From NCBI GenBank assembly GCA_016845225.1, contig JAERTB010000016.1, positions 13,923 through 77,922 of the forward strand: a stretch of 64,000 nt of DNA. The letters are read 5' to 3'. The stretch is from Candidatus Woesearchaeota archaeon. Lineage in GTDB: Archaea > Nanobdellota > Nanobdellia > SCGC-AAA011-G17 > UBA489. The notes beneath the pieces were generated by a model, which was given only the letters and a program-made list of their open reading frames with translations, searched no databases and had not been told where the DNA came from. Below are positions 19,285-29,124 of the stretch, piece by piece. The position numbers and the translations under genes were made by a program. The stretch's first letter is position 1, and every line of letters starts with the position of its first letter.

Positions 19285-19421
19285 TTTACTAAATTAATTG
19301 CATCGTTTGATTTTTCTTTCAAAAAATCTCCAGTAATCATAATTAGGTCTTTAGTAATGTCTGTGTAGAAATATAATCCTAGGATAATTAACACCAATAA
19401 GATTATCACTAAATTTCTCAT
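19281..19421 (-). CDS. Possible small membrane peptide (46 aa)
   Basis: The ORF reads MRNLVIILLVLIILGLYFYTDITKDLIMITGDFLKEKSNDAINLVN. A TTATAAAT box lies about 22-29 nt upstream of the ATG, consistent with an archaeal leaderless transcript. It is below the ORF-track size cutoff. Confidence 0.2.
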   Translation of the reverse strand: MRNLVIILLVLIILGLYFYTDITKDLIMITGDFLKEKSNDAINLVN

Positions 19422-19499
19422 AATCTAAAAAACCTTCTAGAATTTATAATGTTTTTGATTGAATAAACTTAAATAATAAACAATTCTTAGATTCCATAT

Positions 19500-19573
19500 G
19501 GGCCCGTAGCATAATTTGGATAGTGCGTCCGGCTTCGGACCGGTTGATCAAGGTTCAAATCCTTGCGGGCTCA
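19500..19573 (+). tRNA. tRNA-Arg (anticodon UCG)
   Basis: A manual cloverleaf gives acceptor GGGCCCG/CGGGCTC, D-stem GCAT/GTGC, anticodon stem TCCGG/CCGGT with loop CTTCGGA, T-arm CAAGG-TTCAAAT-CCTTG, and discriminator A. The length is 74 nt. Confidence 0.75.
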
Positions 19574-19612
19574 TTCAAAACTTATTTAAAGAAATAATTA
19601 AGTTTCAAACAC

Positions 19613-20677
19613 ATGGTGATAAGTAATATTCTATATGGTTCATTTTTAGAAAATCCTTTTCTAAAATTTTTATTTATAGTATTTGTATTTTACATACTTT
19701 CTAGAATTGTTCAATTAGTAATTTTAGGAAACATAAGAAGACTTACTAAAAAAACTAAAACAAAATTAGACGATTTAGTAGTTGATGCAATCAAAAAACC
19801 CTTGTTAAGATTTTTAGCATTAATCGGAGTAAAGATTGCAGTAAACGTTTTACCTTTATCTGAAAAAGTTCTTTCAGTTTTCCACCATATAATTAACTCA
19901 TTATTGATGTTTGTAGTAGTTTTACTTATGATTAAACTAATGGATATATTAATTAATGTCTGGGGAAAAAACTGGGCTAAAAAAACAGAGAGCAGTTTAG
20001 ATGATGATATCCTTCCATTACTTCACAAAACATCTCATGTAGTTCTTATGACTGTCGGAGCATTCTTTATTTTAGGAGAGTGGAATGTAGATGTAACAGG
20101 ACTTTTAGCAGGAGTAGGTATAGCAGGTTTAGCAATAGGTTTTGCTGTAAAAGATTCTTTGGCAAATATTTTCGGAGGAATAAGTATTATTTTAGATAAG
20201 GCACTAAAAGTCAATGATGTTATTAAGTTAGACAATGGAAGTACTGGGACAATTGCAGACATTGGATTAAGAAGTACAAAAATTAGAACTTGGAACAATG
20301 AATTATTAATTATCCCTAATGGAACATTAGCAAATAGCACAATTCAAAATTATAAAAAGCCAGATCTAAGTGTAAGAACTGAAGTTTCCTTCGGAGTAGA
20401 ATATGGTTCAGATATTGACAAAGTAAAAGATTTAGTTGAAAAAACTTTAAAAAAAGTTCCAAAAGTTATGAAAACAAACAAGGATAAGCCTATCCAAGTA
20501 TTATTCTTAAACATGGGAGATTCAGCATTAGAATTTAAAGCAAGATTTTGGGTAAAGAATTATGGAGATAAATTTTCAACAAAAATAAGGGCAACAGAAG
20601 ACATCTACAAAGCGTTAACAAAGAGTAAGATTGGAATCCCGTTCCCTACAAGAACTGTTTTCTTAAAGAAGGAATAA
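19613..20677 (+). CDS. mscS: Small-conductance mechanosensitive channel (MscS family)
   Basis: N-terminal TM helices are followed by the MscS core GLLAGVGIAGLAIGFAVKDSLANIFGGISIILDKALKVNDVIKL and a beta-domain. Confidence 0.85.
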   Translation: MVISNILYGSFLENPFLKFLFIVFVFYILSRIVQLVILGNIRRLTKKTKTKLDDLVVDAIKKPLLRFLALIGVKIAVNVLPLSEKVLSVFHHIINSLLMFVVVLLMIKLMDILINVWGKNWAKKTESSLDDDILPLLHKTSHVVLMTVGAFFILGEWNVDVTGLLAGVGIAGLAIGFAVKDSLANIFGGISIILDKALKVNDVIKLDNGSTGTIADIGLRSTKIRTWNNELLIIPNGTLANSTIQNYKKPDLSVRTEVSFGVEYGSDIDKVKDLVEKTLKKVPKVMKTNKDKPIQVLFLNMGDSALEFKARFWVKNYGDKFSTKIRATEDIYKALTKSKIGIPFPTRTVFLKKE

Positions 20678-20708
20678 CCTTTAAATAACCTAATCAATTC
20701 TCAATCCT

Positions 20709-22139
20709 ATGGCAAAAGAATCCAAAGAAGGAATTACAGTAAAGAAGAGCGAAAACCTTTCTGAGTGGTATAATCAAGTTGTTCAAAAAGCAGAGCTAGC
20801 AGATTATAGTGCAGTAAAGGGATGCATGGTAATTCGTCCTCATGGATATGCAATATGGCAAAAAATTCAAGAATATTTTAATCAAGTATTAAAAGAAAAT
20901 AAAGTAAAGAATTCTTACTTTCCATTATTTATTCCAGAATCATTTTTTAAAAAAGAAGCAGAACATGCTGAAGGCTTTTCACCAGAAGTTGCATGGATTG
21001 AAAACAAAGACAAAGATACTAAAGAAAGATTAGCAGTAAGGCCTACATCAGAAACAGTAATGTATGATTCTTATTCAAGATGGGTTCGTTCGTGGAGAGA
21101 TCTTCCATTAAAAATTAACCAGTGGGCAAATGTAGTAAGATGGGAAACTAAAGCAACCAAATTATTTCTAAGAACAAGAGAATTTTTATGGCAAGAAGGG
21201 CATTGTGTTTATGCGACAGAAGAAGAATGCGATAAAGAAACACAGTTATGGATTGAAGAATACAGAAAATTATCAGAAGACTTACTAGCAACCCCTGTTT
21301 TAGTTGGTAAAAAAACAGATGTAGAAAAATTCTCAGGAGCAGATTACACATTAACGATTGAATCAATTATGCCTGATGGAAAAGCATTACAAGCAGGAAC
21401 TTCACATAACCTGGGTCAAAGTTTTGCAAAATCCTTTGGAATTTCTTTTTTAGATGAAAATTCAAAAAAACAACTTCCTTGGCAAAATTCATGGGGAGTA
21501 TCTACGAGGTTAATTGGAGGATTAGTTATGCTTCATGGAGATGATAAAGGTTTAGTCTTACCTCCAAGAATTGCACCAATACAAGGAGCAATAGTGCCCA
21601 TTTTCTTTGAAAAAACAAAGAAAGAGACATTAAAAGAAGCAAAGAAGATTTATAATTCACTTAACAAGCATTTTGATGTAGAATTAGATGATAGAGAATA
21701 CCAATCGGCAGGTTGGAGATTTAGTGATTGGGAATTAAAGGGAGTTCCCATTAGAATTGAATTAGGACCAAAAGATATTGAAAAACAACAAGCAGTATTA
21801 GTTAGAAGGGATACTGGTAAAAAAGAATTTGTGAAACTAAAGGATGTTTCTAAAAGATTTGAAGAATTACTAGAAGAAATTCAAGATAATCTTTTATCAA
21901 ATGCAAAGAAACAAATGAAATCACAAATCATTGATGTTAAAAACAAAAAAGAACTAACAAAAGCAATTAAAGAAAATAAAGTTGTTAGAATGAATTTCTG
22001 TGGAACAAAGGAATGTGAAGAGAAAATTAAAGAAGATACTAGTGCTACAAGCAGATGCATAATTAAAAAAGCAAAAGGAAATTGTGCAAATTGTGATGGA
22101 GAAGCAAAAGAACAAATATACTTCTCTAAATCTTATTAA
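20709..22139 (+). CDS. proS: Proline--tRNA ligase (archaeal/eukaryotic type)
   Basis: Class II motifs are present (RPTSETVMYDSYSRWVRSWRDLPLKINQWANVVRWE; FLRTREFLWQEGH). A C-terminal Zn-binding domain ends in Y. The length is 476 aa. Confidence 0.9.
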   Translation: MAKESKEGITVKKSENLSEWYNQVVQKAELADYSAVKGCMVIRPHGYAIWQKIQEYFNQVLKENKVKNSYFPLFIPESFFKKEAEHAEGFSPEVAWIENKDKDTKERLAVRPTSETVMYDSYSRWVRSWRDLPLKINQWANVVRWETKATKLFLRTREFLWQEGHCVYATEEECDKETQLWIEEYRKLSEDLLATPVLVGKKTDVEKFSGADYTLTIESIMPDGKALQAGTSHNLGQSFAKSFGISFLDENSKKQLPWQNSWGVSTRLIGGLVMLHGDDKGLVLPPRIAPIQGAIVPIFFEKTKKETLKEAKKIYNSLNKHFDVELDDREYQSAGWRFSDWELKGVPIRIELGPKDIEKQQAVLVRRDTGKKEFVKLKDVSKRFEELLEEIQDNLLSNAKKQMKSQIIDVKNKKELTKAIKENKVVRMNFCGTKECEEKIKEDTSATSRCIIKKAKGNCANCDGEAKEQIYFSKSY

Positions 22140-24187
22140 AATAAGTTTCCAATCCAATTAAAGATTCTACCGTACCAAGGAACATTTTTAACAATAATGT
22201 GTAATGCTTTCTGCTCAACATATTTCATTCCAAGTTCATCTCTGTAACTTACTTCAAATTTAATATCGCTCAATAATTGTTTTCCCTGAGTATTTATTGT
22301 AATAGTTCTAACTTCTCTTTCTTTAAAAGTTTCATAACTCATTTCACCAAATTCAAACTCAATCAACAAATCATTCACATTTGTATTTGAACTTACATCG
22401 AAACTTATCTCTACATCTTCTTTATAGTTAACCTCGGCAGGTTCTGGGTTACTTATTCTTATTTCGGGAATAGGGATAGCAGAAACATCAATATAATGAT
22501 ATTTAGCCTTATTATTGCCCTCAACAATCAAGGGAATTCTCATACCTGTAGTAATATCATAGTCTTTAATTAATACTTCTTCTTCTCCAGATCCCAAAGA
22601 AATAGTCTGACAATCATCCAAGAAACAAGCCTCAAAAGTTATTTTATTGCTTGCTAAATTTTCTAAATTACATTCAATTCTAGCAACATCGCCAGCATAA
22701 TAAGTTTTTTTATTAGTGCTACAATCTACAGCAATCTCCTCAAAACTTTCTTTTTCAGCTCTATCTCTATGGGCTTCAACAATTGCTTCTGCAAATTCTT
22801 TAGAATAAACATCCATCTCATCCCCATATTTAATGGTTCCAGAATCGGTTTCTCCATACATGCTGTTAATTTCAAAAGTAGTAGTATAAACATAGTCTGG
22901 ATCCGCCTCAGGAATTTCAACAATCCAATAAACAGATTTTTCTTCTTTAGGTTCTAATAAAACTCTTCTAACATTACTTTCAGTTAAATCTGGAGCTTTA
23001 GTTACAATTAATTTAGTAGACATATAACTATTCTGTAAATTTTTTATTTTAACTTCTACTGGAACATAACTTCCAAATCCAACTTCACTCTTAACAGGTA
23101 AAACTTCCAACACAACTGCGCCTGCTTTTTCTCCTCCAACACTAACCTCTTTAGTTTTAATATCTAAACTTCCAACATCTAAATCAATTCCGTTAGCTTT
23201 CCAAGAATATTTTGCAGTTGGACTTCCAGAATCAGGATCATCCTTTAATTTGATGTGAGAAGGGTCTAACCACCCATATTCTCCAAAAGTAACATCAAAA
23301 GGAACCCATCCATATTCAGGGAAATAAACCTCTGCCCACCCGTGTGGCCCCCAATCATATCCTATGTTACTATAAACCATTCCAGAAACAAATCTCGCAG
23401 GAATTCCAACAGAACGTAAAAATGAAATAAATAAGTTAGTCATTTCATCACAAACTCCTTTTTTATTTTCTAAAACCCAAGAACTTGGTTGAACAGCTTC
23501 TGCAGTTAAGGTAGTAAGATTATAATTGATGTTTAGATTAGTCCATTCAGCAACCTTGAAAACAGCAGAGTATAAATCATCATCAGTACCAATAATTTCT
23601 TCAGCCTTTCTTTCTATTTTTGTATTAATATCAATAAACTCCGTTGGTCTAGTAAACGTAAGAACTGTCGCATCAGTTTTTATTAATGGAAATTTAATTT
23701 TTTCTTCAACTCTAAATAAATCATTAGTAACTTTTATTTTTGCAGTATATCCATAATTTAATTTATTTCCATTTGTCTCTTGCCACAAATATAATATTTC
23801 TTGACTTCCCTGTTGAACACTTGCATCAGGTGTAGAAAAAATATCTAAATTTTGTACATTCTGCCTTTCATCATTTCTAGGAAAAAAAGAAACATCACTT
23901 TTAATAAAATCAATCACATAATCAGAATCCAAATAATTAACAGTAATGTCCGAAGCAACTTCCAACTCCATTTCTACATACTGGACTTCATTGTAGTTTT
24001 CAACTTGTTCTCCTAAAACACTACTAGAAAATAATATTAATAAAACAACCAAAATCCCTCTAAATCTCATAGATTCTCCCATTAAACTAGATTTAAATAG
24101 TTTTAGATTAATAATAAAATATATAAGTGAGCTAATCAAAAAAATTAATAGAAAGAGGTAATAAAAATGGAATTTTTCATGAATCAC
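22136..24187 (-). CDS. Secreted transglutaminase-like (Cys-His-Asp) domain protein
   Basis: A transglutaminase-like core is seen as KGVCDEMTNLFISFLRSVGIPARFVSG...GPHGWAEVYFPEYGWVPFDVT. A signal-like segment MRFRGILVVLLILFSSSVLG begins at internal Met codons (24082 or 24070), which may be the true start. Confidence 0.6.
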   Translation of the reverse strand: MIHEKFHFYYLFLLIFLISSLIYFIINLKLFKSSLMGESMRFRGILVVLLILFSSSVLGEQVENYNEVQYVEMELEVASDITVNYLDSDYVIDFIKSDVSFFPRNDERQNVQNLDIFSTPDASVQQGSQEILYLWQETNGNKLNYGYTAKIKVTNDLFRVEEKIKFPLIKTDATVLTFTRPTEFIDINTKIERKAEEIIGTDDDLYSAVFKVAEWTNLNINYNLTTLTAEAVQPSSWVLENKKGVCDEMTNLFISFLRSVGIPARFVSGMVYSNIGYDWGPHGWAEVYFPEYGWVPFDVTFGEYGWLDPSHIKLKDDPDSGSPTAKYSWKANGIDLDVGSLDIKTKEVSVGGEKAGAVVLEVLPVKSEVGFGSYVPVEVKIKNLQNSYMSTKLIVTKAPDLTESNVRRVLLEPKEEKSVYWIVEIPEADPDYVYTTTFEINSMYGETDSGTIKYGDEMDVYSKEFAEAIVEAHRDRAEKESFEEIAVDCSTNKKTYYAGDVARIECNLENLASNKITFEACFLDDCQTISLGSGEEEVLIKDYDITTGMRIPLIVEGNNKAKYHYIDVSAIPIPEIRISNPEPAEVNYKEDVEISFDVSSNTNVNDLLIEFEFGEMSYETFKEREVRTITINTQGKQLLSDIKFEVSYRDELGMKYVEQKALHIIVKNVPWYGRIFNWIGNLF

Positions 24188-24499
24188 GATACACTAAGAA
24201 TTTTTACGTTATTAGCTATGATTATGGCCTTGATGGCAACTTCATTTTATATCAACATTGCGTTCATAGCTAAAAAGAAAAAATGCAATGTAACCATGGC
24301 AATTGCCTTTACCTTTCTTTCAATCTCATTAATTTTAGAAGTAATGAATGTCTTTCATGTAATATACACTGGATCATTAGCAAGACTATTTTTAATAGCT
24401 TCACTTATGTGTATCATTTTTTGTTCAAAATGTCTCAAAGATGCATGTACTGACAATAAGTGTAAGACAAACAAACATTCAAAGAAAAGAAAAAAATAA
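24167..24499 (+). CDS. Hypothetical small membrane protein
   Basis: It has three predicted TM helices and a basic C-terminus. Confidence is reduced because it overlaps the annotated 5' end of the upstream minus-strand gene. Confidence 0.3.
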   Translation: MEFFMNHDTLRIFTLLAMIMALMATSFYINIAFIAKKKKCNVTMAIAFTFLSISLILEVMNVFHVIYTGSLARLFLIASLMCIIFCSKCLKDACTDNKCKTNKHSKKRKK

Positions 24500-25063
24500 T
24501 CATTTTTTACTATTTTCAATTAGCTTTTTAGTTAACTTATAATTAGAGTATCCTAAGAATAAAGTCAAAAACAATAAAATAAAAACAATTGTTCCAACAA
24601 GTATTTTTTCAAAATCTTTTACTTTTTTAACATAAATTCTTTGACTAGCTTCAGATGAATGAGAGTTATATTCTGCAACTACTTTAAGAGTATAATCTCC
24701 TTCTTCTAAAGATAAAGGGATTTTTATTTTTTTAACTTTAGTTAAACTAGTATGTACTGCAACAGTTTCAGAAAATTCCACTGGAGTTTTCTTTCCTGCA
24801 ACATCCACTAAAGAATATTTTAAGATAATATCTTTTGGCCCATTCATTTGAAATTTAGTCATTTTAAGTGTTACAGCCAATTCTTCTCCAAGAGCAATCT
24901 CTCCATATTCGGGCAATACTTCCATAGATAAATCAAATGAATATGCAGCATTTACAAAAGAGGTACAAACTAAGAATAAACCAAATAATAAGATAAATTG
25001 CCCTCTTTTCATAATCATTTTAATATTTAAACACTTAAATAGATTTCTTAAACTTATTTCCAC
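24500..25063 (-). CDS. Secreted protein with C-terminal TM anchor
   Basis: It has a signal peptide (MKRGQFILLFGLFLVCTSFVNA) and a C-terminal TM (TIVFILLFLTLFLGY) with basic tail KLTKKLIENSKK. Confidence 0.45.
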   Translation of the reverse strand: MEISLRNLFKCLNIKMIMKRGQFILLFGLFLVCTSFVNAAYSFDLSMEVLPEYGEIALGEELAVTLKMTKFQMNGPKDIILKYSLVDVAGKKTPVEFSETVAVHTSLTKVKKIKIPLSLEEGDYTLKVVAEYNSHSSEASQRIYVKKVKDFEKILVGTIVFILLFLTLFLGYSNYKLTKKLIENSKK

Positions 25064-25965
25064 AAATCTCCTCTAAATACTTTTTTTAGGAAATCTTTTT
25101 CTTCATTCCACTTAAGCTTAATTTTCTTGTAAATGCATCCAATAAATAAAACAATCAATTCAATAGAGTCTAGTAGTTTCAAAATTAATAATTTCAAAAA
25201 AGGGTTAATTTTATCTTTAACTAATGGTCTTATCCAAGAAACAGATTTTTGTTCTACAGCATTAAAAGAATCAACATAATACTCTTTCTTTTCTAATTTT
25301 TTTCTTTGTTTTAGATATTTTTTCAGAACAACAACCATTCCCAAAATTAAGAAAACACTCAATAATAAATAATAAAATAAATAGGATTTCTCTTTCAATA
25401 TTTCTTCAACAACTTCAAAACTCATTTCACTTTCAGCTGTTTTTCCATCGTAAAGCACATCTATTTTTACATTATATTCTCCTTCAATTAATTCTTCACT
25501 CAAAGTAAGTGTTTTAATAAAATTCATTTTAGTTTCAACGCCTATATTTTCAGTTTCAGTATGGATCAAATTTCCACTATTATCAAAAATACTATAAATT
25601 ACTTGGGCATTTGTTGTTTCATCAATTAAACCAAATTTAAGTAAATCAACTTCAAAAGAGACTTCTTTAGCCCCTTTTTCTAATGTTTCATCCTTTTCTA
25701 TTATTTTTCCTATAACATCAAATAATGCACTTTCTTTTGGTGCAGGGCTTCTTCTACTAGGTCTGGAGGGCGCCCTTCTCTCACTACTTGGTGCAGAAGG
25801 AACTATGTTTGAAAGTTGATGGCCAGAATTTCCAGCACTACTTGAGTCGGAAGAAGCAATACTTCCCATTGTAAAAGAGTCATCCCCATCATCAAAAAAT
25901 GTAGAATCTCCTAAAACAGGATGAGAAAATAAAATTAAAAAGATTAAAAATATTTTAATTTTCAT
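25054..25965 (-). CDS. Secreted Ser/Pro-rich protein with TM anchor
   Basis: It has signal peptide MKIKIFLIFLILFSHPVLG, a Ser/Pro/Arg-rich linker, a beta-rich domain, then TM LFYYLLLSVFLILGMVVVL and a cytoplasmic tail. Confidence 0.45.
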   Translation of the reverse strand: MKIKIFLIFLILFSHPVLGDSTFFDDGDDSFTMGSIASSDSSSAGNSGHQLSNIVPSAPSSERRAPSRPSRRSPAPKESALFDVIGKIIEKDETLEKGAKEVSFEVDLLKFGLIDETTNAQVIYSIFDNSGNLIHTETENIGVETKMNFIKTLTLSEELIEGEYNVKIDVLYDGKTAESEMSFEVVEEILKEKSYLFYYLLLSVFLILGMVVVLKKYLKQRKKLEKKEYYVDSFNAVEQKSVSWIRPLVKDKINPFLKLLILKLLDSIELIVLFIGCIYKKIKLKWNEEKDFLKKVFRGDLWK

Positions 25966-25966
25966 T

Positions 25967-27037
25967 TTAACCTATACAAGGACCGCTGCTTCTATATAAT
26001 TTTCCATTAGAATCAAGACAAGCATAATCATTACCCGTTCCGCTCAATCCTTCAATAGTAATATTTCCAGAATCATCAATTACCATCCGAGTATTTAATC
26101 CACTAGCCCCAGTTCTAAAAGTAATCTCTCCTCCACTAACACTTCCAGCATCAATAAATACGTCTCCTGGAAAATAAGCTTCAGTAATTCCGTACAATTG
26201 AATTCCGGCACCACTTATTGGGTCTGTAATATTTGGAGCAGAAACAATTCTAATTGCATCTGCAGTATTATTCAATAAGATTGCAGGTCCAAATGTATCA
26301 TATCTTTTGATTTGTAAGGCTTCGATTTCAGCAGTTTCCGTAATGGTTAGATTCGTAGAAAATATTTTAGTAATTCTATTTGTTAAATCTCCTAAGAAGT
26401 CAAACAAACCGCTTGAACCAGTAACGTTGCCATCTGCCTTTATATTGCTAGTAGTATTTATCTCTCCAGAAATATTTATATTTCCAGAACCATTTATTAC
26501 TCCGCTAAATGCTATATCTTGAACAGATAACTTAGTAACTCTATTACTCAAACTTCCCAAATAAGTAAAGAAGCCAAATGAGCCACTAACATTTCCTCCA
26601 GCAGTAATGTCTTCTTCAACAACTAAATTACTTCCAGTGCCATTAACAACAAGAGTTCCATTAATTTCATCATCAACATCTTTTCTTAAATACATAAAAG
26701 AACTTCTCAACAATCTTCTATCTCCTTGATCTGCACCAGCAATATTTATATTCAACCAATAATCATTTTCACTAGTTGTTACATTACAAACTTCCCCAAC
26801 ATTGTATTGTGTGGTTTTCCATTCACCAAATGAACCAGTAGTCAAACTAGAGGTATTTGAATAACAAATATTTCCCCCAGTACTAGCATCATAAACAGTA
26901 AAATTAAAAGAATAAGTTCCTTCATAAAAAGTACTTCCACTATAATATTGCCCTTGCCAAACAGAAATATCTTCGGCAACAACAAAATTACTAATTAAAA
27001 AAAAGAACAAAATTAGGAACAACACACCGTTTTTCAT
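25967..27037 (-). CDS. Secreted repeat protein, many N-glycosylation sequons
   Basis: It has a signal peptide. Internal repeats include GNVSGSFGFFTYLGSLSNRVTKLSVQD and GNVTGSSGLFDFLGDLTNRITKIFSTN. It carries 15 or more N-x-S/T sequons. Confidence 0.5.
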   Translation of the reverse strand: MKNGVLFLILFFFLISNFVVAEDISVWQGQYYSGSTFYEGTYSFNFTVYDASTGGNICYSNTSSLTTGSFGEWKTTQYNVGEVCNVTTSENDYWLNINIAGADQGDRRLLRSSFMYLRKDVDDEINGTLVVNGTGSNLVVEEDITAGGNVSGSFGFFTYLGSLSNRVTKLSVQDIAFSGVINGSGNINISGEINTTSNIKADGNVTGSSGLFDFLGDLTNRITKIFSTNLTITETAEIEALQIKRYDTFGPAILLNNTADAIRIVSAPNITDPISGAGIQLYGITEAYFPGDVFIDAGSVSGGEITFRTGASGLNTRMVIDDSGNITIEGLSGTGNDYACLDSNGKLYRSSGPCIG

Positions 27038-27068
27038 ACAATTAAATTACTAGTCTATATATATATAT

Positions 27069-28103
27069 TTAACTATCAAACTCTTTTCTAAGTAATTTAA
27101 CAAATTCCGGAAAATCTTCCATTTTTACAGAAGCACCACAAGCATTAGCATGTCCGCCACCATGTCCATCAATAACTTCTAATACCTTATTCAGAGCAGG
27201 TAAAACTGGTTTTTCCTTACTTCTCAAACTCATTCTAACATCGCCATTTACTTCTCTTCCGACAATTATCAAATCTTTATCAACCCTATACAATAGTTCA
27301 TTTGATAATCCTCCAGTGTAACTATTCTTTCCACCAGGATAAGTAAAAACAAAAACCTCTCCTTCTTCATTTTGACTCAAAGCATCTTTCAACAATTCTT
27401 TATATTCTTTATTTATTCTTTCATATTTTTCATAAATCATTTTTCCATATACAGTTGTCTGTTCAAACACTTCAACTGGATCTTTAACATGTTCCCATGC
27501 TTCAATACAATCATTCATACTTTCAGTAGTTCCTTTCAAAGAATAAGCCAACATTCCAACAATTTTACCATATTCACTATCAAACATTAAACTAGGAGGA
27601 GTATCAAAATCTCCTAACATTTTTTTATATTTAAAATTCTTTAAAACATCTTCACTAGGAACATTCCAATCTGCAATAATCCCTGCAACTGCCACCCATT
27701 CATTATCTTCAACAACTTTATATGCCCAATAACAAGTAGGAAGATTATTTGGTTCTTCTCCATTCATAGGATTATAATAATTAACACCCTTTCTTTCTAA
27801 TGGTTGATGGTGGTCTAACCAAACAATTGGAACATGAATAGAATCAATAGTCTCTTGATCTAAATATGGCTTATCTAAAACAACAACTAAATCAGGTTTA
27901 TGTTTTAAAACAGCAGCATGATAAACTGCCGTAGCATTTGGAGAAGATTTTACACATACTCCTCTACCTTTTCCATAGTGTTTTTTTAACAATAAATATG
28001 ATGTTAGTCCGTCAGGATCATCATCAAAGAAAAACAGAGGATTTTCTGATTTTTCTAAAAAAGTTCTAATTTCCTTTATTTCTGATTCACTTATCATAGT
28101 CAA
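27069..28103 (-). CDS. DHH/DHHA1-family phosphoesterase (NrnA/RecJ-like)
   Basis: The motifs FFFDDDPDG, LDHHQP (DHH) and GGGHANACG (the DHHA1 GGGH motif) are present. Confidence 0.75.
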   Translation of the reverse strand: MTMISESEIKEIRTFLEKSENPLFFFDDDPDGLTSYLLLKKHYGKGRGVCVKSSPNATAVYHAAVLKHKPDLVVVLDKPYLDQETIDSIHVPIVWLDHHQPLERKGVNYYNPMNGEEPNNLPTCYWAYKVVEDNEWVAVAGIIADWNVPSEDVLKNFKYKKMLGDFDTPPSLMFDSEYGKIVGMLAYSLKGTTESMNDCIEAWEHVKDPVEVFEQTTVYGKMIYEKYERINKEYKELLKDALSQNEEGEVFVFTYPGGKNSYTGGLSNELLYRVDKDLIIVGREVNGDVRMSLRSKEKPVLPALNKVLEVIDGHGGGHANACGASVKMEDFPEFVKLLRKEFDS

Positions 28104-28149
28104 AACCTATCATAAATGCTTATAAATGCTCCCATAATCCATATTTATC

Positions 28150-28473
28150 ATGTTAGAAGAGTTCATAGCAACAATGCCATTATGGCAAAAATTAACAGCA
28201 TATGCCTTTTTACTAATTGGATTATTCATTTTTGTAAAAACAAGTAAATTAAAAATCTTAGGCAGACCAGTAATCCCTTTAAAATATAGAATATCTTTAG
28301 CATTATTCTTTCCAATCTTATTCGTTTTAGGAATTGTTTTTGGAGCAGTAATCTTTGGAGTGTTAATCACAATGTTACTAGTAGCATTTGCATTAAGTAT
28401 ATTCACAGGAAAGAAACCCAAATTACCTAAGTTTCCAAAATTTAAAATAAATATAATAAGAAAAAATTTGTAA
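28150..28473 (+). CDS. Hypothetical small membrane protein
   Basis: It has three TM helices (LTAYAFLLIGLFIFV; LALFFPILFVLGIVFGAVIFGVLITMLLVAFALSIF). It is preferred over the overlapping antisense ORF 28110..28487. Confidence 0.4.
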   Translation: MLEEFIATMPLWQKLTAYAFLLIGLFIFVKTSKLKILGRPVIPLKYRISLALFFPILFVLGIVFGAVIFGVLITMLLVAFALSIFTGKKPKLPKFPKFKINIIRKNL

Positions 28474-28486
28474 TGGGTTTTACCCA

Positions 28487-29026
28487 CTACTTACGAACTT
28501 TCTCAGCGCCGTTACCTTTTCTTCTTAGGCCACGACTCTTTTTATGGGCAGATGTTAATCCTCTATTTGTTCTGCCAGTATTCTTTCCAGCAGTAATCCA
28601 ACTAAGTTTTTTATCTTTCTTAATTGAAGGACTGTTTCTATCAACCAAGATTACATCATACCAGATGTTTTTTCCATCTTTAGCTAAAAAATAACTATTC
28701 AAAACTTCACAGTTAGGGTATTTTTTACTTGCTCTACCTTCACAAACTGCTTGATAATTAATATCTAAAATCTTAAGCATTCTTCTTGTCTTAGACCTTC
28801 TACCTTTCTTAATCAATGGTCTTCTTCTTCCACCTCTAAGAGCTCTTACTCTTACAACAAGAATTCCTTCTTTTGCTCTATAACCTAAACTTCTAGCTCT
28901 TGCCAAGTTTTCAGGTCTAGCAACTCTTTGTACAGCTAATGTACGTCTCCAATCCGCAAGTTTATTTCTTCTCGCTTCAGGAGTTATGTTTTTTACGCTT
29001 TCTCTAATTGATTTGTATAATCCCAT
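28487..29026 (-). CDS. rpl15e: Ribosomal protein L15e
   Basis: Its features resemble archaeal L15e, including RRNKLADWRR, RPENLARARSLGYRAKEGILVVRVRALRGGRRRP, FPNCEVLNSY, WYDVILVD and LSWI. Confidence 0.9.
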   Translation of the reverse strand: MGLYKSIRESVKNITPEARRNKLADWRRTLAVQRVARPENLARARSLGYRAKEGILVVRVRALRGGRRRPLIKKGRRSKTRRMLKILDINYQAVCEGRASKKYPNCEVLNSYFLAKDGKNIWYDVILVDRNSPSIKKDKKLSWITAGKNTGRTNRGLTSAHKKSRGLRRKGNGAEKVRK

Positions 29027-29124
29027 TTTTGCACTTCCATTGTTTTAGTTTTATTTGCAGTTCAGACGAGTGAAGCCCACATTCCGCAAAATAACGTCAG
29101 AAATCCCTCTTTTAAACGTTTTGG

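Noticed and set aside
22136-24187. Treating the first 35 aa (MIHEKFHFYYLFLLIFLISSLIYFIINLKLFKSSL) as certainly part of the transglutaminase-like protein
   Set aside because: An internal Met (MGESMRFRGILVV..., codons at 24082 or 24070) gives a cleaner signal peptide with TATA-like elements upstream. The longer ORF-track start is kept in the feature table with lowered confidence.
28110-28487. Minus-strand ORF 28110..28487 (125 aa)
   Set aside because: It overlaps the plus-strand membrane ORF 28150..28473 almost completely. The plus-strand version has three clean TM helices, whereas the minus one is Asn/Lys low-complexity. The choice remains uncertain.
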